Assembly: GCA_047971205.1 (NCBI GenBank)
Contig: JBKDZK010000314.1
Coordinates: forward strand, 1-44,109
Direction: 5' to 3'
Length of the DNA: 44,109 nucleotides
From: Draconibacterium sp.
Lineage (GTDB): Bacteria > Bacteroidota > Bacteroidia > Bacteroidales > Prolixibacteraceae
The notes under the pieces were generated by a model. The model did not search any database. It was not told the DNA's origin and worked only from the letters and a program-made list of their open reading frames with translations. Position numbers and translations under genes: made by a program. Numbering within the stretch: position 1 is the stretch's first letter; every line of letters begins with the position of its first letter. Positions 27,970-37,580 of the stretch are shown piece after piece.

Positions 27970-29748
27970 ATGAACAATGCCCGCACATTTAACCAGGAAC
28001 AAAACAAGCTTTTTAAAAAAGAACTAAAAAATCTTACACGAAAGATCAGGTGGCTGGCCTGGTACCGGCTGTCGGTTTTTATTGCGCTTTTCTTTCCGTT
28101 TTCGCTTCTGGGATTAAGTTGGGTGGCAGGAGTGCTGACACTGGGTTTGCTTGTTTTGTTTTTCTACCTCATAAAAGTGAACCTCCGGCTCGACCGGCAA
28201 CGGAAAAAGTGTGCCGTGTTAAAGCAGTTGACGGAGGATGAATTGCTGGCACTGGATCATTCGTTTCTGCACTTTAAGAACGGCGCAGAATTTCTCGATA
28301 CCAACCACTTTTTTTCCTACGATCTGGATTTGTTTGGCGACGGATCTCTTTATCAGTACCTGAGCCGGACGTCCACAATTGGTGGGGCCAAAAAGCTGGC
28401 TTCGTGGTTTATAAAGTCATCAACCAACAAAGAAGAAATTGAAAGCAGGCAGCACGCGGTGCGCGAGCTTTCAGAGAAGCGGGAGTGGCGTTTGCAGTTT
28501 TTAGCTGAAGGGAAACTTTTTGAAGAGACCGAAGTGCTGAGCCGGGAAATTACCGGTTGGTCGGAGACGGAGTTTGACCTCAGAAGTCCGGAAATAACCC
28601 AATGGATCATTCGGCTGATTCCGGCTTTAACGTTGCTCGCAATTATTCCGGCGGTTCTGGGAATTTCCAATACATATTTGGTGCTCGCCATTTTTGCCCA
28701 ATGGCTAATGGTGTACTTCTACCGGAAACGCATCTCGCATTATTTTGGCTTCTTTGGCCGGAAATCACGGTTGCTTTCCAAATACATGCTGCTACTGGAG
28801 CAGGTGGAGCAGCAGGATTTTCAATCTGCCTATCTCCAAAATCTTCAGCAGGCTATAAAGCATCCTTCGGCGGGCCAAACATTCAGGCAGCTAAAGAAAA
28901 GGGTGGAGGAGTTTGAGTACCGTCAAAATCTTTTGGTGGGTTCTGTTCTAAACTCGTTTTTGTTGTGGGATATTCGCTGTGTGTTTCAGCTTTGGCGCTG
29001 GCATAGGGAGAATCATCGGAGCTTGGTGAAATGGATAGATGTTGTTGCAGAAGTGGATGCGTTGATCAGTCTGGCCAATTATGCCGACAATCATCCGGAT
29101 TTTGTATACCCACTTATTAACGACGACGATTTTATTCTTGGCGCAAAAGAGTTGGGGCACCCACTCATCCGGCAGGAAAAGAGAGTTTGCAACGATTTTG
29201 GAATTGACGGCTGGTCGAAAGTGATGATTGTAACCGGGGCGAATATGGCCGGGAAAAGTACCTTTTTGCGCACGCTCGGCGTAAATTTGTTGCTGGCACA
29301 GTCGGGGGCGCCGGTTTGTGCGCAAAGCATGACGGTAACGCCCATCGATCTTTATACCAACATGCGGACAACGGATTCGTTGCTAAAAGATGAGTCCTAC
29401 TTTTTTGCTGAACTGAAGCGAATTAAAGGAGTGCTGGACCGTTTGCAAAACGGTGACCGTATTTTTGTTATTCTGGATGAAATGCTGAAGGGAACCAACT
29501 CGGTTGACAAGCTGAACGGCTCAAAAGAACTGATTCGGAAGCTGGTGCAGTACCAGTCGGTTTCGCTGATTGCCACTCACGATCTTAAGCTGAGCGAGAT
29601 GCAGCAGGAATTTCCGGAGCAGGTTTTCAATAAGTGTTTTGAGATCCGGATTGAGAACGACGAACTGGTGTTTGATTACAAACTATCGGACGGGTTTACC
29701 AAAACCATGAATGCTACTTTCCTGATGAAAAAAATGGGCATTATTTAG
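27970..29748 (+). CDS. Membrane-anchored MutS-related ATPase (domain V; no mismatch-binding domain)
   Basis: TGANMAGKST, SYFFAELKR, ILDE..KGTNS and ATHD motifs, plus two hydrophobic TM hairpins in the N-terminal half. Confidence 0.88.
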   Translation: MNNARTFNQEQNKLFKKELKNLTRKIRWLAWYRLSVFIALFFPFSLLGLSWVAGVLTLGLLVLFFYLIKVNLRLDRQRKKCAVLKQLTEDELLALDHSFLHFKNGAEFLDTNHFFSYDLDLFGDGSLYQYLSRTSTIGGAKKLASWFIKSSTNKEEIESRQHAVRELSEKREWRLQFLAEGKLFEETEVLSREITGWSETEFDLRSPEITQWIIRLIPALTLLAIIPAVLGISNTYLVLAIFAQWLMVYFYRKRISHYFGFFGRKSRLLSKYMLLLEQVEQQDFQSAYLQNLQQAIKHPSAGQTFRQLKKRVEEFEYRQNLLVGSVLNSFLLWDIRCVFQLWRWHRENHRSLVKWIDVVAEVDALISLANYADNHPDFVYPLINDDDFILGAKELGHPLIRQEKRVCNDFGIDGWSKVMIVTGANMAGKSTFLRTLGVNLLLAQSGAPVCAQSMTVTPIDLYTNMRTTDSLLKDESYFFAELKRIKGVLDRLQNGDRIFVILDEMLKGTNSVDKLNGSKELIRKLVQYQSVSLIATHDLKLSEMQQEFPEQVFNKCFEIRIENDELVFDYKLSDGFTKTMNATFLMKKMGII

Positions 29749-29859
29749 CGCTTTCTCTTTATTTGAGTGCTTTTCAGGAGGATTCTTATTCACTATTTTT
29801 CAACTAATCATTGTTAGTTAATGAAGCCGCCAAAAAGGCAAAATACAGGTTGATTTAAT

Positions 29860-29867
29860 TATATTTG
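29860..29867 (+). promoter_or_regulatory. -7 promoter element for parE-parC
   Basis: TATATTTG matches TAnnTTTG. Confidence 0.55.
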
Positions 29868-29972
29868 TGGCAATCCGGTGAACTCCGCAGTTATTTGAAA
29901 TACAGCACTCCCCAGATAAATTTCAATAATGTCGGCGTTCTGTATCCGGAATATAAATCTGGAGATTAGCTT

Positions 29973-31808
29973 ATGAGCGCAAACTACGACGAAGGAACGA
30001 TTAAAACCTTAGATTGGCAGGAACACATCCGGAGGCGTCCGGGTATGTACATTGGGAAGCTTGGCGACGGGTCATCAGCCGACGACGGTATTTATGTACT
30101 GTTGAAGGAAGTGATGGACAACTCGATCGATGAGTTTATGATGGGCTTTGGTAAAAAGATCGTGGTGAATGTGGATCAGGACAGGGTCACCATTCGCGAC
30201 TATGGCCGTGGCATACCTCTCGGAAAACTGGTGGACGTGGTCAGTAAAATGAATACTGGTGCCAAATACGATAACAAGGTTTTCAAAAAATCAGTGGGTT
30301 TGAACGGTGTCGGGATTAAAGCAGTAAACGCGCTTTCATCCGATTTTACTATCAAAGCCGTTCGCGAGGGAGTCGCAAAAGAGGTTTATTTCAGCAAAGG
30401 GATCAAGCAGGGCGAAAAAGATATTCAGGGGGTTCCGGAAGAAAACGGAACAGAAGTAACTTTTATTCCCGATGTAACCGTGTTCAAAAAGTACCGCTAC
30501 ATCAGCGACTACATTGTGAACATGATGAAAAACTATACTTTCCTGAATTCGGGCCTTTCTGTCGAATTCAACGGAGAGCGTTTTTATTCGCGTAACGGGT
30601 TGCGCGACCTGTTGGAAGAGAACATGGACCATGACCCAATTTACCCAATTATACATTTAAGAGGAGAAGATATTGAGGTGGCCATAACGCATGGAAACCA
30701 ATATGGGGAGGACTATTATTCGTTCGTTAACGGACAACACACGACCCAGGGGGGAACCCACTTACAGGCTTTTCGCGAGGTACTGGTAAAAACAATCAGG
30801 GATTTTTACAAGAAGGAATTTGACCCGTCTGACATTCGTGCATCGATTGTGGCGGCCATCAGTATTAAGGTTGAGGAGCCTGTATTTGAGTCGCAAACCA
30901 AAACCAAACTTGGTTCCAGAGATATTGGTCCCGACGGGCCTTCGGTAAGAGCACACGTCGGTAATTTCTTGCAAAAGGAACTGAATAACTTTTTGCACAA
31001 AAATCCGGATACGGCAGAAGTGCTGCACCGTCGGATTGTGGAGTCGGAAAGAGAGCGAAAAGCCATTTCCGGTATTAAAAAACTGGCCAAACAACGGGCT
31101 AAAAAGGCCAATCTTCACAACAAAAAACTGCGCGATTGCCGGGTGCATTTTAACAGCTCTCACGAACAGAAAGAAGCTTCGAGCATTTTTATTACTGAGG
31201 GTGACTCGGCCAGTGGTTCCATTACCAAATCCAGAAACGTAAATACACAAGCCGTATTTAGTTTGAGGGGTAAACCCTTGAATACTTTTGGCTTAACCAA
31301 AAAAGTGGTATACGAAAACGAAGAGTTTAACCTGTTGCAGGCTGCGCTGAATATCGAAGACAGCATGGAAGACCTTCGTTACAACAAAGTGATTATCGCA
31401 ACCGATGCCGACGTTGACGGAATGCACATCCGTTTGCTGCTGATCACCTTCTTTTTACAGTTTTTCCCGGAGCTGATCAAAAAAGGGCACGTGTTTATTT
31501 TGCAGACTCCTTTGTTCAGGGTGCGAAACAAACAAAAAACCATCTACTGCTACTCGGAAACCGAGAAACAGGCGGCGATTGATCAGTTGAGAGGAAAACC
31601 GGAAATTACCCGCTTTAAAGGATTGGGAGAGATTTCGCCCGACGAGTTCCAGAATTTTATTGGCGATGACATTCGCCTGGATCCGGTGCAGATGAAAAAG
31701 CACGAATCGGTATCGCAAATGCTGGAATTTTACATGGGAAAAAACACACCCGAGCGTCAGGACTTCATTATCGATAACCTGTACGTTGAAAAAGACGAAG
31801 TGGCTTAA
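29973..31808 (+). CDS. parE: DNA topoisomerase IV subunit B
   Basis: [36 protein letters not shown] and RFKGLGE motifs; Bacteroidota ParE type. Confidence 0.92.
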   Translation: MSANYDEGTIKTLDWQEHIRRRPGMYIGKLGDGSSADDGIYVLLKEVMDNSIDEFMMGFGKKIVVNVDQDRVTIRDYGRGIPLGKLVDVVSKMNTGAKYDNKVFKKSVGLNGVGIKAVNALSSDFTIKAVREGVAKEVYFSKGIKQGEKDIQGVPEENGTEVTFIPDVTVFKKYRYISDYIVNMMKNYTFLNSGLSVEFNGERFYSRNGLRDLLEENMDHDPIYPIIHLRGEDIEVAITHGNQYGEDYYSFVNGQHTTQGGTHLQAFREVLVKTIRDFYKKEFDPSDIRASIVAAISIKVEEPVFESQTKTKLGSRDIGPDGPSVRAHVGNFLQKELNNFLHKNPDTAEVLHRRIVESERERKAISGIKKLAKQRAKKANLHNKKLRDCRVHFNSSHEQKEASSIFITEGDSASGSITKSRNVNTQAVFSLRGKPLNTFGLTKKVVYENEEFNLLQAALNIEDSMEDLRYNKVIIATDADVDGMHIRLLLITFFLQFFPELIKKGHVFILQTPLFRVRNKQKTIYCYSETEKQAAIDQLRGKPEITRFKGLGEISPDEFQNFIGDDIRLDPVQMKKHESVSQMLEFYMGKNTPERQDFIIDNLYVEKDEVA

Positions 31809-31857
31809 AAAAATAGATTGGCCCGCGAGGGCAGACCGCTAATTTTGAAGAGAAAGA

Positions 31858-34479
31858 ATGTCAGAAGAGAATTTGAATCAGGAAGAAATTCAGGACGATA
31901 ACACGCCGGAGGAAATCACTTATTTGTCGGGAATGTACCGCAATTGGTTTCTCGACTATGCTTCGTATGTAATTCTTGAACGGGCCGTTCCATACATAAA
32001 CGACGGACTGAAACCTGTGCAGCGACGTATTTTGCACGCCATGCGTGAGATGGACGATGGCCGTTACAACAAGGTGGCCAACATTATCGGGCAAACCATG
32101 CAGTATCACCCTCACGGCGATGCTTCCATTGGTGACGCCATTGTGCAGTTGGGGCAAAAAGAGCTTTTGATAGATACCCAGGGAAACTGGGGGAACATTC
32201 TTACGGGCGATGGTTCTGCTGCTCCACGTTACATAGAAGCGCGTTTGTCGAAATTTGCGATCGAAGTGCTTTTCAATCCAAAAACAACCGAATGGAAGCT
32301 TTCGTACGACGGACGTAAACGCGAGCCGGTAACACTTCCGGTGAAATTTCCGTTGTTGCTGGCACAGGGGGTAGAAGGTATTGCAGTGGGACTTGCTTCC
32401 AAGTTGTTTCCGCATAACTTTAACGAACTGATCGATGCTTCGATCTGTTACCTGAAAGGGCAGGATTTTGTGCTTTACCCCGATTTCCCGACTGGTGGCT
32501 CGGCCGACTTTAGTAAATACAACGATGGAGTTCGCGGAGGCACGATTAAAGTACGGGCGAAAATCGAAAAACAGGATAACAAAACCCTGGTTATTACCGA
32601 AATTCCTTTCAGTAAAAATACCACTTCACTGATCGAGTCGATTATCAAGGCCAACGAAAAAGGTAAGATTAAGATCAAGCGGATCGACGATAATACGGCG
32701 GCAAACGTTGAGATACTGGTGCATCTGGCTCCGGGTGTTTCATCCGATAAAACCATTGACGCGCTGTATGCCTTTACTGATTGTGAGGTTTCGCTGGCGC
32801 CCAACTCCTGTATCATCGAAAACGACAAACCGTTGTTTATTGGCGTTTCCAAGATATTAAAACGATCGGCCGACAGCACCCTGGAACTCCTGAAACTGGA
32901 GCTTGAGATTAGGAAGTTCGAACTGGAAGAACAATGGCATTCTTTGTCGCTTGAGAAAATATTTATTGAAGAGCGCATTTACAAGGATAAAAAGTTTGAA
33001 GAATCTGAGAACATGGACATGGCGATCGCACACATCGATCAGCGTCTTGATCCGTGGAAACCGAAGCTAAGAAGAGAGATTACGCGTGATGACATTCTTA
33101 AGCTGATGGAAATCAGGATGGCACGTATCCTGAAATTCAATACCGACAAAGCAAACGATCAGCTGCAGGCGATTGAAGACGAGATTGCAGAAGTGCTGAA
33201 CGACATTGAAAACATTGTGCCGTTCACCATCAAATGGTTCCAGCACCTGAAAGATAAATACGGGAAAAACTTTCCGCGAAAAACCGAAATCCGGAGTTTT
33301 GAAAGCATTGTAGCTACCAAAGTGGTGGTGAACAACGAAAAACTCTATCTCGACAGGAATGAAGGATTTATTGGAACTTCGCTGAAAAAAGCAGAATACG
33401 TTTGCGACTGTTCCGATATCGACGACATCATTGTGTTCCACCGCGATGGCAAATATTTTATCTCGAAGGTTTCAGACAAAGCCTTTATCGGGAAAAATCC
33501 ATTGTACGTGGCAGTTTTCAAAAAGAACGACAAGCGTACTATTTACAACGTGGTTTACAAAGACGGCGAGTCGGGTGTTTTTTACATGAAACGCTTTTCG
33601 GTAACGGGCGTAACCCGCGACAAAGAATACAACCTGACCAAGGAAACCAAGGGATCGAGGATTGCTTATTTTTCGGCTAACCCCAACGGAGAAGCCGAAA
33701 CATTGCGGGTGGTATTAAAGCCCAAACCGCGTATTAAAAAGCTGATTTTTGAAGTCGACCTTGGGGAGCTGGCCATCAAAGGCCGTCAGTCGATGGGGAA
33801 CATTCTTACCAAGTACGATGTTCATAAAATATCGCTGAAGGAAAAAGGTGTTTCTACCCTGGGTGGCCGCAAGATCTGGTTCGATCCCGATGTTTTACGT
33901 TTGAATGCCGATAGCCGCGGAGTTTTCCTGGGCGAGTTCTTGGGAGAAGATGAGATTCTGGTTATCTACAAAAACGGGGAATTCCAGTTGTACAATTACG
34001 ACCTGAGCAACCACTTTGGCGATAATATTCTCACCATCGAAAAATTCGACAAACGGAAAGTCCTTTCCGCGGTTTATTTTGACGCCGAACAGCAGTTCTA
34101 CTATGTGAAACGTTTCGAAATTGATGAACCGGAAGGGAAGCTGGTCCGTTTTATCGGTGAACATCCCGACAATAAACTGGTTAGTATTACCTGGGTGCAT
34201 TATCCGCGTTTGGAGATCACCTTTGGCGGGAAGAATGAAGAGCGAGAAAATGAGATTATAGAAGTGGCTGAGTTTATTGGCGTAAAATCGTGGAAAGCAA
34301 AAGGGAAACGTCTGTCAACTTACGAAGTAAAAGACATTACCGAGCTTGAACCGGTAATCAAGGATGAAGATGATCGTCCTGAGCCTGATGAGATTAACCA
34401 GGATATTGACGATATTCCGTTTGAGATAAACCAGCCTAAGAAGGAAGACGGCAATTCAAACCAGATGTCACTTTTTTAG
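31858..34479 (+). CDS. parC: DNA topoisomerase IV subunit A
   Basis: DGLKPVQRR, YHPHGDAS and AAPRYIEARL motifs. No canonical GyrA-box; adjacent to parE. Confidence 0.9.
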   Translation: MSEENLNQEEIQDDNTPEEITYLSGMYRNWFLDYASYVILERAVPYINDGLKPVQRRILHAMREMDDGRYNKVANIIGQTMQYHPHGDASIGDAIVQLGQKELLIDTQGNWGNILTGDGSAAPRYIEARLSKFAIEVLFNPKTTEWKLSYDGRKREPVTLPVKFPLLLAQGVEGIAVGLASKLFPHNFNELIDASICYLKGQDFVLYPDFPTGGSADFSKYNDGVRGGTIKVRAKIEKQDNKTLVITEIPFSKNTTSLIESIIKANEKGKIKIKRIDDNTAANVEILVHLAPGVSSDKTIDALYAFTDCEVSLAPNSCIIENDKPLFIGVSKILKRSADSTLELLKLELEIRKFELEEQWHSLSLEKIFIEERIYKDKKFEESENMDMAIAHIDQRLDPWKPKLRREITRDDILKLMEIRMARILKFNTDKANDQLQAIEDEIAEVLNDIENIVPFTIKWFQHLKDKYGKNFPRKTEIRSFESIVATKVVVNNEKLYLDRNEGFIGTSLKKAEYVCDCSDIDDIIVFHRDGKYFISKVSDKAFIGKNPLYVAVFKKNDKRTIYNVVYKDGESGVFYMKRFSVTGVTRDKEYNLTKETKGSRIAYFSANPNGEAETLRVVLKPKPRIKKLIFEVDLGELAIKGRQSMGNILTKYDVHKISLKEKGVSTLGGRKIWFDPDVLRLNADSRGVFLGEFLGEDEILVIYKNGEFQLYNYDLSNHFGDNILTIEKFDKRKVLSAVYFDAEQQFYYVKRFEIDEPEGKLVRFIGEHPDNKLVSITWVHYPRLEITFGGKNEERENEIIEVAEFIGVKSWKAKGKRLSTYEVKDITELEPVIKDEDDRPEPDEINQDIDDIPFEINQPKKEDGNSNQMSLF

Positions 34480-34541
34480 TTCAGTGTTCTGTGTTTAGAG
34501 TTCAGAGTGTACTCTAAACTTTGAACTCTAAACTCTAAACT
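34478..34541. repeat. Inverted heptamer tandem-repeat array
   Basis: AGTTCAG TGTTCTG TGTTTAG AGTTCAG AGT-gt-ACT CTAAACT TTGAACT CTAAACT CTAAACT. Confidence 0.8.
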
Positions 34542-34548
34542 ACTTTGT

Positions 34549-35049
34549 ATGAGAATTTATTTGATCGGATACATGGGGTGTGGAAAATCCACGTTGGGCA
34601 GAAGATTAGCAATGCATCTGGGCGTGCAGTTTGTGGATATGGATCATTACATCGAAGAAAGAAACTGCAAAACCATTCCGCAAATTTTTGAGGAAGAAGG
34701 AGAAGCTGAATTCCGCAAAAAGGAACGAAAAGCCCTGGAAGAACTTTCGGAGTTTACCGACATTGTGATTGCAACCGGGGGAGGAGCGCCTTGTTTCTTC
34801 GACAACATCGATCTCATGAACCGCACCGGTAAAACCATTTATCTGAATATTGACCCAACCATTCTTGCGGATCGTTTGCTTCATTCGAAAACCAAGCGTC
34901 CGCTGATTAAAGGAAAATCGCGCGACGAATTGGTGGCTTTTATCGATGATACCTTAAAAAAACGAAACGAGTTTTACATGCAGGCAAAGTATCAGATTAC
35001 CCTTCCTGATGTGGAACTGGCTTCGGTGGAAGAGCAGTTGATGGCCTAA
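34549..35049 (+). CDS. aroK: Shikimate kinase
   Basis: LIGYMGCGKST, GEAEFR..E, IATGGG and RPL motifs. Confidence 0.95.
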   Translation: MRIYLIGYMGCGKSTLGRRLAMHLGVQFVDMDHYIEERNCKTIPQIFEEEGEAEFRKKERKALEELSEFTDIVIATGGGAPCFFDNIDLMNRTGKTIYLNIDPTILADRLLHSKTKRPLIKGKSRDELVAFIDDTLKKRNEFYMQAKYQITLPDVELASVEEQLMA

Positions 35050-35209
35050 CTCGCTGTTCCTCTGTGAATTTATTCTTATTTTCTTTTATTTCCTGATCTT
35101 CGTCAGAAACCCACAGGTGAAAATTAAGTATTTTTTGTGGCTTAAAAAATCACAGCCGGATGGTAATTTCTGCGCGTACATTCATACGAACAGTATAAAA
35201 AATATTCTC

Positions 35210-36469
35210 ATGATCAGAAAAAAAGGATTGATGATGCTGGCGGGCGTACTTACAGCATGGGGTGCTATGGGACAAAACAATGTCAGCACCGGAAAAATGG
35301 AAGAAGTAAAAGGAGGTAAAGGCTATTATTACGAGTCGATATTAAAAGACATCCGGGCTGTTGATGAGCAGCTGGAAGAAAAAGGCTCTTACAAGCGCTT
35401 TGTTATGAACCAGTCACAACTCGATTTGCCCAACGACGCATCTTTGTACACCACTGCCTGGTGTCAACCCACGATTTCACAGGGAAACGGGGGAACCTGC
35501 TGGTGCTTTTCCACCTCGTCGTTTTACGAAACAGAGATTTACCGGCTTACCGGAAAACAGGTGAAACTATCGGAAATGTACATTGTTTACTGGGAGTACG
35601 TTGAAAAGGCCCGTCGTTTTATTGAAAAACGGGGTGACTCGAATTTCGATGAAGGCTCGGAAGGAAATGCAGTTGCCCGGATGATGAAGATGTATGGCGC
35701 AATGCCCGAAAGCGCTTACTCAGGGTTGTTGCATGGCCGGAAATTTCATACCCATGCCAGGATGATGGAAGAAATGAAAGGATTTCTGAATGCGATGAAA
35801 GCGTCAAATTCCTGGAACATGGAATACGGGCTGGCCACCATTAAAGATATTATGAATCATTACATCGGAGTTCCTCCAACTGAATTCACTGTAGAAGGGA
35901 AAAAATATTCACCCAAAAATTATTTGTCAGATTATTTGAACCTGAATCCCGACGATTATGTCGAAATTCTGTCGTACAAACAGGAACCTTACTGGGAGCG
36001 GGTGGAGTACAAGGTGCCGGATAACTGGTGGCACAGCAAAGACTATTACAACGTTCCGCTCGATGTGTTTATGAACGCGATCAAAGAAGCCGTAAAAGAA
36101 GGGTACACACTAAGTATTGGAGGCGACGTGTCTGAAACTGGTTTTAGCCGCGAAACCAATTGTGCGATGATCCCGGATTACGATATTCCATCGGATTACA
36201 TCAACGAAGATGCACGTCAATTCCGCTTTTCCAACGAAACTACCACCGACGACCATGGAATGCACCTGGTCGGTTATCTTGAAAACTACAAAGGAACCGG
36301 CAAAAACTGGTACCTGATCAAGGACTCCAGCTCGGGCTCCCGGAATGTGGGTGAGGACGATCCGAAGTTTGGTTACTATTTCTTTCACGAAGATTACATC
36401 AAACTAAAAATGATGGGTTTCACCATTCACAAAGAGGCGGTGAAAGATATTATGAGCAAGTTCCAATAG
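35210..36469 (+). CDS. Secreted C1-family (papain-fold, aminopeptidase C-like) cysteine peptidase
   Basis: Signal peptide from ATG 35210; QG..GTCWCFS, TTDDHGMHLVG and WYLIKDS motifs. Confidence 0.88.
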   Translation: MIRKKGLMMLAGVLTAWGAMGQNNVSTGKMEEVKGGKGYYYESILKDIRAVDEQLEEKGSYKRFVMNQSQLDLPNDASLYTTAWCQPTISQGNGGTCWCFSTSSFYETEIYRLTGKQVKLSEMYIVYWEYVEKARRFIEKRGDSNFDEGSEGNAVARMMKMYGAMPESAYSGLLHGRKFHTHARMMEEMKGFLNAMKASNSWNMEYGLATIKDIMNHYIGVPPTEFTVEGKKYSPKNYLSDYLNLNPDDYVEILSYKQEPYWERVEYKVPDNWWHSKDYYNVPLDVFMNAIKEAVKEGYTLSIGGDVSETGFSRETNCAMIPDYDIPSDYINEDARQFRFSNETTTDDHGMHLVGYLENYKGTGKNWYLIKDSSSGSRNVGEDDPKFGYYFFHEDYIKLKMMGFTIHKEAVKDIMSKFQ

Positions 36470-36492
36470 GGACAGAATAAGCGTATAGATGG

Positions 36493-36520
36493 AAAAGGTT
36501 CTTTAAAAAGAGCCTTTTTT
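36493..36520 (+). terminator. Intrinsic terminator after the peptidase gene
   Basis: AAAAGGTTCT-TTAAAA-AGAGCCTTTTTT. Confidence 0.7.
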
Positions 36521-36565
36521 CTTGCCCTCATTTATTGTATATTCCATACTTAAAAACCAGCTCTT

Positions 36566-37549
36566 ATGTCAACGGTAGCACAGCAATTTGCGCACACCCT
36601 TCGGGATATAGGCGTGCGGTATGTATTTGGCGTTCCCAGTGGAAACATGATTGATTACATTGAGGCTATTCGGGAGGAAGAGGGAATCGATTTTGTGTTG
36701 GTGGGGCACGAGGCTACAGCAGCCATCATGGCCGATGTTTGCGGACGGATCACCGGAGTTCAGGGAGTGTGTTTTGCCACTTTTGGCCCGGGTGCCACCA
36801 ACTTAAGCACCGGTGTTGGAGAAGCTTTGCTCGACCGCTCGCCGCTTCTTGCTTTTACCGACGAGATGCCCGATCAGATCCGAAAAATTGAAAGGCTTTG
36901 GACGAATAGTGAAAAGCCGGTTTTCGCTGTAGGAATGGCAGCAGTGCGGGCTGGCGTAAAGGATTTGATTGTTCAGTTGGCAGAGAAAAACAATATTTCG
37001 GTGGTATTAACGCCCATGGCAAAAGGCATTTTTCCTGAAGATCATCCCCTTTACACGGGTGTGCTGTTTCATGCTTTGTCGGATATGGTTGCGGAAACGT
37101 ATGGCGAAGCCGATTTGGTTGTGGGGATTGGTTACGATCCGGTAGAATTTAACTATGAAGATTGGATGCCGGCAGTTCCCCTGATTCATATTGATGAAGA
37201 AGAAGCCGATGTAGATGCCGGAAAACTTCGCGAGGTTTTGAATGTAAGCGGAAACATTGAGATGGCTTTGCGGGAGTTGCTAAAACTAAACAGCTCACCC
37301 AAAAAATGGGACCTGGATAAACTGGCAGAACGAAAAAACAGGATGTTTCAAAAGTTGTTACCGCCGCCCGGAATTTTTGGACCGCGGGCAATTTTGCACG
37401 AACTAAGAGAAGCTTTGCCCCCGGAAGGAATTTTAACTGTGGATGTTGGGGCACATCTGCATTTGCTGGGCCAGCAGTGGAGAACGCCCTCACCCGAAAA
37501 ATTGTTGATGACAAACGGATGGCAACGGTTTGGTATTAAAACCGAATAA
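36566..37549 (+). pseudogene. ThDP-dependent (acetolactate-synthase-like) enzyme, internally deleted and C-terminally truncated
   Basis: VFGVPSG, HEATAA.MA and GPGATNL.TG N-domain motifs jump directly into the middle domain. The ORF ends after TVDVG...MTNGW and lacks the GDG-X24-27-N motif. Confidence 0.75.
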
Positions 37550-37580
37550 ATAGTATCTTCGTTTTAAAAAAGGACAACCA

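Noticed and set aside
27970..29748. Canonical mismatch-repair mutS or mutS2
   Set aside because: Lacks the mismatch-binding domain and the Smr domain, and has TM segments.
29973..34479. gyrB/gyrA assignment
   Set aside because: No canonical GyrA-box, and the sequence features fit the Bacteroidota ParE/ParC pair.
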